Source: Eubacteriales bacterium (GTDB lineage: Bacteria; Bacillota; Clostridia; Oscillospirales; CAG-382). Taken from it: a stretch of 58,716 nt of DNA. The stretch is taken from contig JAZUKE010000006.1 of assembly GCA_045643125.1 (NCBI GenBank), forward strand, positions 1 through 58,716, read 5' to 3'. The translations under genes were made by a program, and so were the position numbers. Positions 44,255-52,231 of this stretch are shown here, piece by piece; position 1 is the first letter of the stretch; each line of letters starts with the position of its first letter. A model generated the notes under the pieces. It saw only the letters and a program-made list of their open reading frames with translations. It was not told where the DNA came from and did not search any database.

Positions 44255-45322
44255 ATGGATAAAAAACTCAGAATAGGAATAATCGGCTGCGGCGGTATCG
44301 CTCATTGCCATATGGCAGGCTACAAGACCTCCGACATCTGCGAAGTTGTCGCTGCCTGCGATATCGACGTTCAAAAGGCAAACGCTTTTGCAAAGGAATT
44401 CGGTATTCCGAACGTATACGAAGACTACAACGAAATGCTCGCCAAAGAAAATCTCGACGCCGTTTCGGTCTGCACCTGGAACGCTGCCCACAAGGCTCCG
44501 ACCGTTGCCGCTCTTAACGCCGGCGTAAACGTCATCTGCGAAAAGCCGATGGCTATGAACCAGACCGAAGCCCGCGAAATGGCAGACGCCGCACAGAAAT
44601 CGGGCAAACTGCTGCAGATCGGCTTCGTCCGCCGTTTCGGCAACGACGCCGCCATTCTCAAAAAGTTCATCGACAGCGGTACGATGGGCGACATCTACTA
44701 TGCAAAAGCAACATATCTCCGCCGCAACGGCTGCCCCGGCAGATGGTTCGGCGACAAGGCGTATTCCGGCGGCGGCCCGCTCATCGACCTCGGCGTTCAC
44801 GTTATGGACCTCGTGAGATATCTCTGCGGCTCGCCCAAACCCGTTTCGGCTTACGGATTTACCTTCGATAACCTCGGCTACAACCGCGCCAACGGCGGAC
44901 AGAGCTGGGTGGCTTCTGGCTCCAGCGTTGTAAAGCAGTATAAATACGACGTTGAGGACTTTGCGGGTGCAGTCATCAGGTTCGACAACGGTCTCACGCT
45001 CAACGTGGAAGCAAGCTTCAACCTCAATATCAAGAGCGACGTCGGCAATATCGAGCTTTTCGGCACCAAGTCCGGCGCAAGAATAGATCCGTCGATCGAA
45101 CTTTACACCGATATGGACGGTATGTTCGTTGACGTCAAGCCCACCGGCAATACGGCGCTTTCGTTCAACGGTCTTTTCGAGAACGAGATCCATTCTTTCC
45201 TTGCCTGCGTTGCAAACGGCGAGCCTTGCCGCGCTCCCGCGGAAGACGGCGTTATCCTTATGAAGATGATCGACGCCATCTACGAATCCGCCAAGACGGG
45301 CAAGCTTGTTGAAATAAAATAA
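44255..45322 (+). CDS. Gfo/Idh/MocA family NAD(P)-dependent oxidoreductase
   Basis: Rossmann N-terminus LRIGIIGCGGIA and EKPMA motif. 355 aa. Confidence 0.85.
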   Translation: MDKKLRIGIIGCGGIAHCHMAGYKTSDICEVVAACDIDVQKANAFAKEFGIPNVYEDYNEMLAKENLDAVSVCTWNAAHKAPTVAALNAGVNVICEKPMAMNQTEAREMADAAQKSGKLLQIGFVRRFGNDAAILKKFIDSGTMGDIYYAKATYLRRNGCPGRWFGDKAYSGGGPLIDLGVHVMDLVRYLCGSPKPVSAYGFTFDNLGYNRANGGQSWVASGSSVVKQYKYDVEDFAGAVIRFDNGLTLNVEASFNLNIKSDVGNIELFGTKSGARIDPSIELYTDMDGMFVDVKPTGNTALSFNGLFENEIHSFLACVANGEPCRAPAEDGVILMKMIDAIYESAKTGKLVEIK

Positions 45323-45334
45323 GCATATATGAAA

Positions 45335-45372
45335 GCCTCCGATTTCGATTTTGAAACCGGAGGCATTTTTTT
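45335..45372 (+). terminator. Rho-independent terminator
   Basis: GCCTCCG ... CGGAGGC stem followed by a T7 run. Confidence 0.7.
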
Positions 45373-45421
45373 GATTGCTTGGTTTTTCGTTCTGCACTGA
45401 ATGCGGCAGCCCCATCTTTCT

Positions 45422-46357
45422 CTATGCGCCGAACGGTTCTTCAGGTATCTGAATGAGCGGATTGCCGTAAAGCGTACAAACGACGCAGAAAAGTACGTCC
45501 GGCAGAACGGTCTTGTCAACGTCGGAATTGAGGTACATACCGTAACCTATCAGCTTTTCTCCGTTTTTCAAGGAGAATTTCCGCAGCGCTTTGAGCATTG
45601 CAGTCGAAATTTCGCCGTCAAGCGGTATTTCGGCTGCGATAAGAGCGGAAAGCAGGCGCGACGTCATATAAGAAGCCGGTTTGAGCGTGTCGTCCGCCAC
45701 GGCGTTGCCGCCGCCTATGGCGTTGCCGAGACAAACGAGCGCGTTATCGTGAAGGCAGTCTTCGTATCCGGCGGTCGAAACGTAATTGCGGAGCGACATA
45801 TACGCCGTCAGCACTTCGGCTGTGACGGAAATACTCGTCGGTGCGCTTTCGGTACCCGTCTGCGGATAGTCATAAAACGACCATTTTACGCTGTCCTGAC
45901 GTTCAAGCAAGCTGTCGCAGACTATTTTTCGGTCAAATTCGGCGTTCATAAGGTCAAGTGCGATCGACGCTTTTGAAAGGTCGGACGTCGAGATGGAATT
46001 TATCTGTCCAACAAAAGTTTTGAGCCTTTCGACATAAGTATCAACTGCGTAAGCGGAAACGTCGCATCTTGATTTTTTGAGAAAATAATATGAAATAAGA
46101 TATTCGCTTATTTCTTTTGCGTTATCGCCGGGCGTTTTAAGCAGCCCGTCCCACACGCAGGACGAAAAATCGAATGAAACGGCTGAAAGGGAAGCGGCTT
46201 CGAGGTAGCTTGTGAGATGCTTTCCGTTGTATAATTCGGAAAGCTCCTTAAACATTTCAAATCTTATATCGGGTTCTTCGACGTTTTCGGAAGATGAACA
46301 CGCGAAAAAGGCAAACATCATTGAAAATGCGATCAAAAGGCATATTACTTTTTTCAT
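45422..46357 (-). CDS. Hypothetical lipoprotein
   Basis: Signal peptide with lipobox FFACSS. No motif I can assign. Confidence 0.55.
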   Translation of the reverse strand: MKKVICLLIAFSMMFAFFACSSSENVEEPDIRFEMFKELSELYNGKHLTSYLEAASLSAVSFDFSSCVWDGLLKTPGDNAKEISEYLISYYFLKKSRCDVSAYAVDTYVERLKTFVGQINSISTSDLSKASIALDLMNAEFDRKIVCDSLLERQDSVKWSFYDYPQTGTESAPTSISVTAEVLTAYMSLRNYVSTAGYEDCLHDNALVCLGNAIGGGNAVADDTLKPASYMTSRLLSALIAAEIPLDGEISTAMLKALRKFSLKNGEKLIGYGMYLNSDVDKTVLPDVLFCVVCTLYGNPLIQIPEEPFGA

Positions 46358-46382
46358 TTATGCGTTACCTCGTAATAAATAT

Positions 46383-46413
46383 GGCATAATGCAGAGAATA
46401 CCTGCATTATGCC
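46383..46413 (-). terminator. Terminator hairpin downstream of rplL
   Basis: 12-bp perfect stem GGCATAATGCAG / CTGCATTATGCC with a 7-nt loop. Flanks are T-rich on both strands. Confidence 0.5.
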
Positions 46414-46454
46414 TTATTTTGAACTTTATTCGGATAAAATACAGTGACCTTGAA

Positions 46455-46835
46455 TTACTTAATGGTGACCTGGCCGCCGACTTCTTCGATCTGCTTCTTG
46501 ATGGTTTCAGCTTCTTCTTTGGAGACGCCGGTCTTAACTGCCTTAGGAGCAGCGGTAACGAGGTCTTTAGCTTCGCCGAGAGAAAGTCCGGTGATGTCTT
46601 TAACGACTTTGATAACTTTGAGTTTAGCTGCTGCGTCGAAAGCGGTGAGTTCAACGTCGAATTCAGTCTTTTCTTCAGCTGCGGGAGCGGCTGCTGCTGC
46701 GGGACTTGCTGCTACTGCAACGGGAGCTGCGGATACGCCGAATTCTTCTTCGAGAGCCTTAACGAGGTCGGCAACTTCGAGAATGGTCATAGATTTAACA
46801 AGTTCAAGAATCTGAGTGGTTTTTTCATTAGCCAT
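46455..46835 (-). CDS. rplL: 50S ribosomal protein L7/L12
   Basis: [26 protein letters not shown]...[14 protein letters not shown]...[11 protein letters not shown]. Confidence 0.95.
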   Translation of the reverse strand: MANEKTTQILELVKSMTILEVADLVKALEEEFGVSAAPVAVAASPAAAAAPAAEEKTEFDVELTAFDAAAKLKVIKVVKDITGLSLGEAKDLVTAAPKAVKTGVSKEEAETIKKQIEEVGGQVTIK

Positions 46836-46871
46836 GATGATAATCCTCCGTAATTTTAATTTTGTTGCCGA

Positions 46872-47405
46872 TTATTCGGCTGCGGGAGCTGCTTCCTCTG
46901 CGGGAGCTGCTTCGCCGTTTTTGTCTACGATAGCCTGAAGTACATAAGCCAGGCTGTAGAGAGAAGACTGCAGCGAACCGAGCATTCTGCCGATAAGAGT
47001 TTCGAAGCTGGGAGTCTTTGCAAGAACGGATACGCCTTCTGCATCGAGAAGTTCACCGTTTACAAATCCTGCTTTGATCTTATAATTATCGTGCTTGGAT
47101 GCGAATTCGTCAATGATTCTTGCTGCGGCAACGGGGTCGTTTTCGGAAAGTGCAAGAGCGGTCATACCTTCAAGCACATTCTTGAGTTCGCCGTAACCGA
47201 TAGCGTCGCAAGCCTTTGCGGTAAGGGTGTTCTTTACGACTGCGTATTCAACGCCTGCTTTTCTGAGTTCGGCGCGGAGTGCGGTGTCGTCACCAACGGT
47301 GGTACCCTTGTAGTCAACGATAACGCCTGCAATGGAATGATTCATCTTTTCAGCGAGATCGTTAACGATTTGCTTTTTCTGTTCGAGGATCTGAGCGTTT
47401 GCCAA
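46872..47405 (-). CDS. rplJ: 50S ribosomal protein L10
   Basis: VVDYKGTTVGDDTALRAELRKAGVEYAVVKNTL. TTG start after GGAGGTG. Confidence 0.95.
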   Translation of the reverse strand: MANAQILEQKKQIVNDLAEKMNHSIAGVIVDYKGTTVGDDTALRAELRKAGVEYAVVKNTLTAKACDAIGYGELKNVLEGMTALALSENDPVAAARIIDEFASKHDNYKIKAGFVNGELLDAEGVSVLAKTPSFETLIGRMLGSLQSSLYSLAYVLQAIVDKNGEAAPAEEAAPAAE

Positions 47406-47572
47406 GTATTTTCACCTCCGGGTAAATTTTGCACAGTACAACAAGAAATGCTCCCGCGTCAATGCCGTGGGAGCATAATGAAACCTTTATCGTTTCGATT
47501 GTGTCCTCGGCGGGCGGCTTTCGCCATTGAACGCGTGTACCTGCTGTCTGCGAACTATTTTGTTTTAACAAC
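47406..47572 (-). promoter_or_regulatory. 5' leader of rplJL (position of the L10 autoregulatory leader)
   Basis: About 165-nt untranslated leader between a consensus promoter and rplJ. GC-rich paired segments are visible. Assignment to the L10-leader class rests on position only. Confidence 0.45.
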
Positions 47573-47578
47573 TCGTGT

Positions 47579-47607
47579 ATTATATCACACAATACACGAA
47601 TTGTCAA
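47579..47607 (-). promoter_or_regulatory. Consensus sigma-A promoter of rplJL
   Basis: Minus strand: TTGACA, exactly 17 nt, TATAAT. Confidence 0.6.
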
Positions 47608-47624
47608 GAACTTTTTTTAATAAA

Positions 47625-48317
47625 TCAGCCGATTTTTGCGGTGTTGACTTTGATGCCGGGGCCCATCGTGGAAGCTACGGTGCAGGATTTGATATACTGA
47701 CCTTTAGCTGCGGCGGGTTTAGCCTTGATAATGGCGGTAAGAAGGGTATTGAAGTTTTCCTGGAGCTTTTCGGCACCGAAGGAAACTTTGCCGATCGGGC
47801 AGTGGATGATGTTGGTCTTGTCGAGACGGTATTCGATCTTACCGGCTTTTGCTTCTTTGACGGCTTTTTCGATATCCATCGTGACAGTGCCTGCCTTGGG
47901 GTTAGGCATCAAGCCTTTCGGACCAAGGATACGACCGAGACGGCCGATAACACCCATCATATCGGGAGTAGCGATGATCACGTCGTAGTCGAACCAGTTT
48001 TCTTTCTGGATCTTCTGAACGAGATCTTCTGCGCCTACATAATCGGAACCTGCTTCTTCTGCTGCTTTGGCTTTGTCGCCTTTTGCGAAGACGAGGGTTC
48101 TTACAGTCTTACCGGTACCGTTGGGGAGGACGATAGCGCCTCTGACCTGCTGGTCTGCGTGACGGGAGTCAACGCCGAGACGGATATGAACTTCTACGGT
48201 TTCGTCGAATTTAGCTTTGGAAATGCTGCAAGCCGTTGCGAGAGCTTCGCCGGATTCGTAAAGCTTTGCTTTTTCTACGGCTGCTGCTGCGGATTTATAA
48301 TTCTTTCCTCTTTTCAT
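47625..48317 (-). CDS. rplA: 50S ribosomal protein L1
   Basis: MKRGKNY...[14 protein letters not shown]...[12 protein letters not shown]. Confidence 0.95.
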   Translation of the reverse strand: MKRGKNYKSAAAAVEKAKLYESGEALATACSISKAKFDETVEVHIRLGVDSRHADQQVRGAIVLPNGTGKTVRTLVFAKGDKAKAAEEAGSDYVGAEDLVQKIQKENWFDYDVIIATPDMMGVIGRLGRILGPKGLMPNPKAGTVTMDIEKAVKEAKAGKIEYRLDKTNIIHCPIGKVSFGAEKLQENFNTLLTAIIKAKPAAAKGQYIKSCTVASTMGPGIKVNTAKIG

Positions 48318-48331
48318 TGCTCTGCCCCTCC

Positions 48332-48757
48332 TTAGTCAACAACTTCTACGCCCATACTGCGGGCAGTGCCGGCGACCATGCTCATTGCGGCTTCGACAGA
48401 AGCGGCGTTGAGGTCGGGCATCTTGAGTTCTGCGATCTTCTTGACATCTTCCTTGGAGATCTTTGCGACCTTCGCGGAGTTGGGAGTTGCGGAACCGCTT
48501 TCGATGGAGCAAGCCTTTTTGATAAGGACTGCTGCGGGCGGAGTTTTGGTAATGAACGTGAAGGTACGGTCAGCATAAACGGTGATGACTACCGGGATGA
48601 TGAGACCGATATCGTTCTTGGTGCGTTCATTGAATTCTTTTGTGAACATAGGGATTGCTACACCGTACTGACCGAGAGCAGGACCTACAGGGGGCTGAGG
48701 AGTAGCCTTTCCTGCCGGAAGCTGGAGTTTGATGTAACCGACGATTTTCTTTGCCAT
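48332..48757 (-). CDS. rplK: 50S ribosomal protein L11
   Basis: [30 protein letters not shown]. Confidence 0.95.
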   Translation of the reverse strand: MAKKIVGYIKLQLPAGKATPQPPVGPALGQYGVAIPMFTKEFNERTKNDIGLIIPVVITVYADRTFTFITKTPPAAVLIKKACSIESGSATPNSAKVAKISKEDVKKIAELKMPDLNAASVEAAMSMVAGTARSMGVEVVD

Positions 48758-48856
48758 AATTTTACACCTCCGAATGTGGTAATTTTAATTCGGGACTTTG
48801 TCCCTCCCACACGGCATTACGGAACGGCAATATTCCGTGCGCCGTTCGCCCTGAAT

Positions 48857-49387
48857 TTATACGGGCTTAACTTGTGAAACGTCAAGCTCTACCTGAGTTT
48901 CACGTCCGAAAAGCGAAGCACGAACCGTGACTTTCGTTTTGTCGGGAGAAATGTCTTCCGCGATGCCGATGAAACCGGCAAGAGGGCCGTCGATGATGCG
49001 GACGTTATCTCCGACACTGAATGCGATCTCGATGACCTTTACTTCGACTCCGAGTTTTTCTACCTCTTTATCGGAAAGGGGGACGGGACGCGATCCGGGA
49101 CCGACAAAGCCGGTGACGCCGGTAGTGTTGCGGATGATGTGCCAGCTTTCGTCGTTCATAACCATCTTGACAAGCACATAGCTGGGGAAGATCTTGCGTT
49201 CGATTTCCTTTTCTTCTGTTCCCGAAACTTCTACTACCTTTTCTGTAGGTATCTTCACGTCGAAGATCATTTCGGAAAGTCCGCGATTCTCAACGATCTT
49301 TTCGATGTTGCTCGCGACTTTGTTCTCGTAGCCGGAATAGGTGTGGATCACATACCAGCGGGGAACGGAATCAACAGGCATTCCCAT
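48857..49387 (-). CDS. nusG: Transcription termination/antitermination factor NusG
   Basis: WYVIHTYSGYENKV... and a C-terminal KOW GDNVRIIDGPLAGFIG. Confidence 0.95.
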   Translation of the reverse strand: MGMPVDSVPRWYVIHTYSGYENKVASNIEKIVENRGLSEMIFDVKIPTEKVVEVSGTEEKEIERKIFPSYVLVKMVMNDESWHIIRNTTGVTGFVGPGSRPVPLSDKEVEKLGVEVKVIEIAFSVGDNVRIIDGPLAGFIGIAEDISPDKTKVTVRASLFGRETQVELDVSQVKPV

Positions 49388-49399
49388 TGTTTCTTATCC

Positions 49400-49609
49400 T
49401 CACAGAATTTCAGCAAGCCACTGGAAGAGTTTGCTGAATCCAAGGTCCAGAAGTCCGACTGCGACTGCAACTGCGAGGACTTCAACGATAACCACGAGAA
49501 GTGATTTGTTGGTATCCTTCACAGAAGGCCAGGTGACTTTTTTTCTTTCGCTCTTAAGGTCTTTGAAAAACTTGACAATGCGATTTGTTTTCTTTTCAGC
49601 TTCTGCCAT
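49400..49609 (-). CDS. secE: Preprotein translocase subunit SecE
   Basis: FFKDLKSERKKVTWPS followed by a single TM helix. Start trimmed to MAEAEKK (ATG 49609). Confidence 0.85.
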   Translation of the reverse strand: MAEAEKKTNRIVKFFKDLKSERKKVTWPSVKDTNKSLLVVIVEVLAVAVAVGLLDLGFSKLFQWLAEIL

Positions 49610-49620
49610 GACCGTGCCCC

Positions 49621-49770
49621 TTACTTGCTCTCTTTGTGGAGAGTGTGTTTGCGGCAGAACTTGCAATATTTTTTCATTTCAAGTCTGTCCGGGTCGTTCT
49701 TCTTGTTCTTGACAGTGTCGTAGTTTCTCTGTTTGCATTCGCTGCAAACCATTGTGATTTTAACTCTCAT
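49621..49770 (-). CDS. rpmG: 50S ribosomal protein L33
   Basis: Below the ORF-track size cutoff. Hand translation gives [59 protein letters not shown]. Confidence 0.9.
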   Translation of the reverse strand: MRVKITMVCSECKQRNYDTVKNKKNDPDRLEMKKYCKFCRKHTLHKESK

Positions 49771-49880
49771 TTGTTCGGCACCTCCATAATTAAATGTAAC
49801 CTCCCTCTAACGTACTTCCGGCGGAAATCGTTGACCGAAAGCAGGACACAAAAATAAAAGCCCTTTGCAGAGGTGAAGCC

Positions 49881-49909
49881 ATTATATACGATTTTTCTTG
49901 GTTTGTCAA
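49881..49909 (-). promoter_or_regulatory. Consensus sigma-A promoter of rpmG-secE-nusG
   Basis: Minus strand: TTGACA, 17 nt, TATAAT. Confidence 0.6.
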
Positions 49910-49936
49910 TACTTTTTTGAAATAAAAACCGAATAC

Positions 49937-49964
49937 TTGACAAAAAAATTACGTTATGTATAAT
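49937..49964 (+). promoter_or_regulatory. Sigma-A promoter of the SLOG-family gene
   Basis: TTGACA, 16 nt, extended -10 TGTATAAT. It lies inside the over-extended ORF 49956..50348. Confidence 0.55.
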
Positions 49965-49985
49965 ATCAATAAAGAGGTGAAGCGT

Positions 49986-50348
49986 ATGAAAGTCGCAGTA
50001 GTGGGTTCAAGAACGATAAATGCGGATATTTCGGCATATATGCCCGAAGGAATAGACGAAATAATCACGGGCGGTGCCGAAGGCATCGACTCTTCGGCGG
50101 AGCGCTTTGCCGACAGAAAATTCATTTCCAAGCATATAATACGTCCCGATTACGAAAAAAACGGCAAAAGCGCGCCGATAATCCGCGACAAACGCATAGT
50201 CGAGCTTGCCGACCTTGTCGTTGCGTTCTGGGACGGCGAATCGTCCGGCACGGCATTCACCGTGAAATATGCGCGCAAAATAGGCAAGCCCGTCAAAATA
50301 TGGATGCTCAAAAAAGGCAGCCGCGATATGTTCGGCGCCTACGAATAA
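49986..50348 (+). CDS. SLOG-superfamily (DUF2493-like) protein
   Basis: MKVAVVGSRT...ITGGAEGIDSSAERFA...DLVVAFWDGESSGTAFTVKYARKIGKPV matches the GSR / GGAxGxD / AFWDGxSxGT pattern as I recall it. ATG 49986 follows AGAGGTG. Confidence 0.6.
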   Translation: MKVAVVGSRTINADISAYMPEGIDEIITGGAEGIDSSAERFADRKFISKHIIRPDYEKNGKSAPIIRDKRIVELADLVVAFWDGESSGTAFTVKYARKIGKPVKIWMLKKGSRDMFGAYE

Positions 50349-50403
50349 CGTGCGCGGATAACTTTACACATTTTTTGCGGAAGACGATATAATGGTATAG
50401 GGA

Positions 50404-50634
50404 GTGATGACAATGAACTGCACTTTCGTACTGTCTTCCGTGACTTATGCTATGAAGGCATCAAAGCTGCTTGCTTACGAGGGCATTCCGTCTTCTCCCG
50501 TAAAAACGCCCGAGGTCAGAAAAGTACGCGGCTGCGGCTACGGTATCGCCGTAAAAGGCAGCTGCGACAGAGCCAAAGCGATACTTGCAAAAAACGGAAT
50601 AAAGACGCTCGGAGTTATAGGAGAAAAGGAATAA
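50404..50634 (+). CDS. DUF3343-like putative S/Se carrier protein
   Basis: 76 aa with conserved Cys in RGCGYGIAV. Its usual neighbour, a class V aminotransferase, follows. Confidence 0.6.
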   Translation: MMTMNCTFVLSSVTYAMKASKLLAYEGIPSSPVKTPEVRKVRGCGYGIAVKGSCDRAKAILAKNGIKTLGVIGEKE

Positions 50635-50641
50635 GCGTCCG

Positions 50642-51748
50642 ATGATATATTTTGACAACGCCGCCACATCGTTCCCGAAGGACCGCGGAATGGTAAGGGT
50701 GCTGACCGAAGCAATGCTGAAATGCGGCAACCCCGGAAGAAGCGGATACAAGGCGTCTATGTACGCATCCGAAAAACTCTACGAATGCCGCGAAGCGGCG
50801 GCGGAGATTTTCGGCACACTGCCCGAAAAGGTGATACTTCTGCCGTCCTGCACCGCCGCATTGAACACCGCGATAAAAGGACTTGTGAAAAACGGCAAAG
50901 CCGTGATGTCGAACCTCGAACACAACGCGGTGTGCCGCCCGCTCTATTCTCTGCGTGACAGGGGAATTGCCGAAGTCGTGACGTTCGATGCTCTTCACGA
51001 TCCCGTCGGGAATTTCGTCAGAGCAGCCGACGGTGCGTCCGCTCTCGTCGTGACACATTCTTCCAACGTGTGCGGCGCCGTTCTTCCTGTCGCCGAGCTT
51101 GCGAGGGAAGCGAAAAGGCGCGGACTTTGCGTGATAATCGATGCGGCGCAGTCGGCGTGCCATATCCCCGTGAGCTTTGACACGATCGACGCCGACGTGA
51201 TATGTATTGCGGGGCATAAAGGTCCCGGCGGGCCGCTCGGTACGGGACTGATGCTGCTGAATCCAAACGGAAGCACGGTCTTCGATACCCTCATCGAGGG
51301 CGGAACGGGCATATATTCGCTTGACGAAGCTATGCCGGACGTCATCCCCGAAAGATACGAAGCCGGCACCGTGAACGCTCCCGCGTTTGCTTCTCTTGCG
51401 TATATGCTGAATAAATACGTCCCCTGCGGAGCGGATAAAGAGGTCTTCGGGTTTCTGTGCGATGCTCTGGCGGATATGAAAGGCGTGAAAACGTATCTTC
51501 CGCCGAAGGGGATCGAAAAGCTGCCCATATTGCTTTTCAATGCGGACGGCATAAGCCCCGACGACGTTATGACACGCCTTGCCGAAAAAGATATCTGCGT
51601 GCGGAGCGGTTATCATTGTGCGCCGCTTGCCCATAAAGCACTCGGCAGCGTAAACGGCGGAGTCAGGATCAGTCTCGGAAAAAACAATACCCTGCGCGAA
51701 GCACGGATATTCGTTGACGAACTGCAAAGAATAATCAAAAGTAAATAA
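50642..51748 (+). CDS. Class V aminotransferase / cysteine desulfurase family protein
   Basis: MIYFDNAATSFPK, PLP-Lys context IAGHKGPGGPLGTG, 368 aa. Confidence 0.85.
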   Translation: MIYFDNAATSFPKDRGMVRVLTEAMLKCGNPGRSGYKASMYASEKLYECREAAAEIFGTLPEKVILLPSCTAALNTAIKGLVKNGKAVMSNLEHNAVCRPLYSLRDRGIAEVVTFDALHDPVGNFVRAADGASALVVTHSSNVCGAVLPVAELAREAKRRGLCVIIDAAQSACHIPVSFDTIDADVICIAGHKGPGGPLGTGLMLLNPNGSTVFDTLIEGGTGIYSLDEAMPDVIPERYEAGTVNAPAFASLAYMLNKYVPCGADKEVFGFLCDALADMKGVKTYLPPKGIEKLPILLFNADGISPDDVMTRLAEKDICVRSGYHCAPLAHKALGSVNGGVRISLGKNNTLREARIFVDELQRIIKSK

Positions 51749-51755
51749 TTCCGAT

Positions 51756-51792
51756 GCGGTATGTGGTTTCGGACACATACCGCACTTTTTTT
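51756..51792 (+). terminator. Rho-independent terminator
   Basis: GCGGTATGTG / CACATACCGC stem followed by a T7 run. Confidence 0.7.
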
Positions 51793-51811
51793 ACTTTTTT
51801 CAAAATGGCTC

Positions 51812-51840
51812 TTGACTTTATCACTTTAGTGTGCTAATAT
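51812..51840 (+). promoter_or_regulatory. Promoter of the yerC-his operon
   Basis: TTGACT, 17 nt, TAATAT. The spacer contains the palindrome CACTTTAGTG (51822-51831). Confidence 0.5.
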
Positions 51841-51934
51841 GCTGAAGTATTATTCGGACACTTGAAATATCCGCTTTGCGGTCAAAAATATGTTTTGCGG
51901 ACCGTCCGATAAAGCGATGATGGGAGGGGAAACA

Positions 51935-52231
51935 ATGCCCGATTTTCATAACGGATCAACAGACAGACTTTTTAAGACGATTTCGGAGCTGAAAACCGCC
52001 GATGAATGTTATGCGTTCTTTGAAGACCTCTGCACGATAAAGGAAATTCAGGATATGGCGCAGAGATTCGACACCGCGATACTGCTTGACAAGGGATGCA
52101 GTTATCAGAAGATAGCGGAAGAAGTGGGGATAAGCACCGCGACGATAAGCCGCGTCAACCGCTGTCTTTCCTACGGAACAGGCGGCTATAAGGAAGCAAT
52201 AAACAAAATGACCGGAGAAAACAGCAAATGA
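51935..52231 (+). CDS. yerC: YerC/YecD family TrpR-like DNA-binding protein
   Basis: CYAFFEDLCTIKEIQDMAQRFDTAILL...SYQKIAEEVGISTATISRVNRCL. ATG 51935 follows GGGAGGGG. The stop overlaps the hisZG start (ATGA). Confidence 0.8.
   Translation: MPDFHNGSTDRLFKTISELKTADECYAFFEDLCTIKEIQDMAQRFDTAILLDKGCSYQKIAEEVGISTATISRVNRCLSYGTGGYKEAINKMTGENSK

Noticed and set aside
44231-45415. 394-aa minus-strand ORF
   Set aside because: Antisense to the Gfo/Idh/MocA oxidoreductase, whose Rossmann N-terminus, RBS, promoter and terminator are all on the plus strand.
47091-48335. 414-aa plus-strand ORF across rplJ, its leader and rplA
   Set aside because: Antisense to highly conserved ribosomal protein genes, and it spans a non-coding leader.
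48758-48856. Possible L1-binding regulatory leader upstream of rplK
   Set aside because: Small hairpins such as ACGGAA..TTCCGT and GGGAC-aaa-GTCCC are visible, but I cannot match them confidently to a known L1 site from memory.
50615-51778. 387-aa minus-strand ORF
   Set aside because: Antisense to the class V aminotransferase. It also runs through a plus-strand terminator.
51841-51934. Possible T-box or attenuator leader for the his operon
   Set aside because: Only about 95 nt separate the promoter from yerC. I see no specifier or terminator-antiterminator architecture and no His-rich leader peptide.
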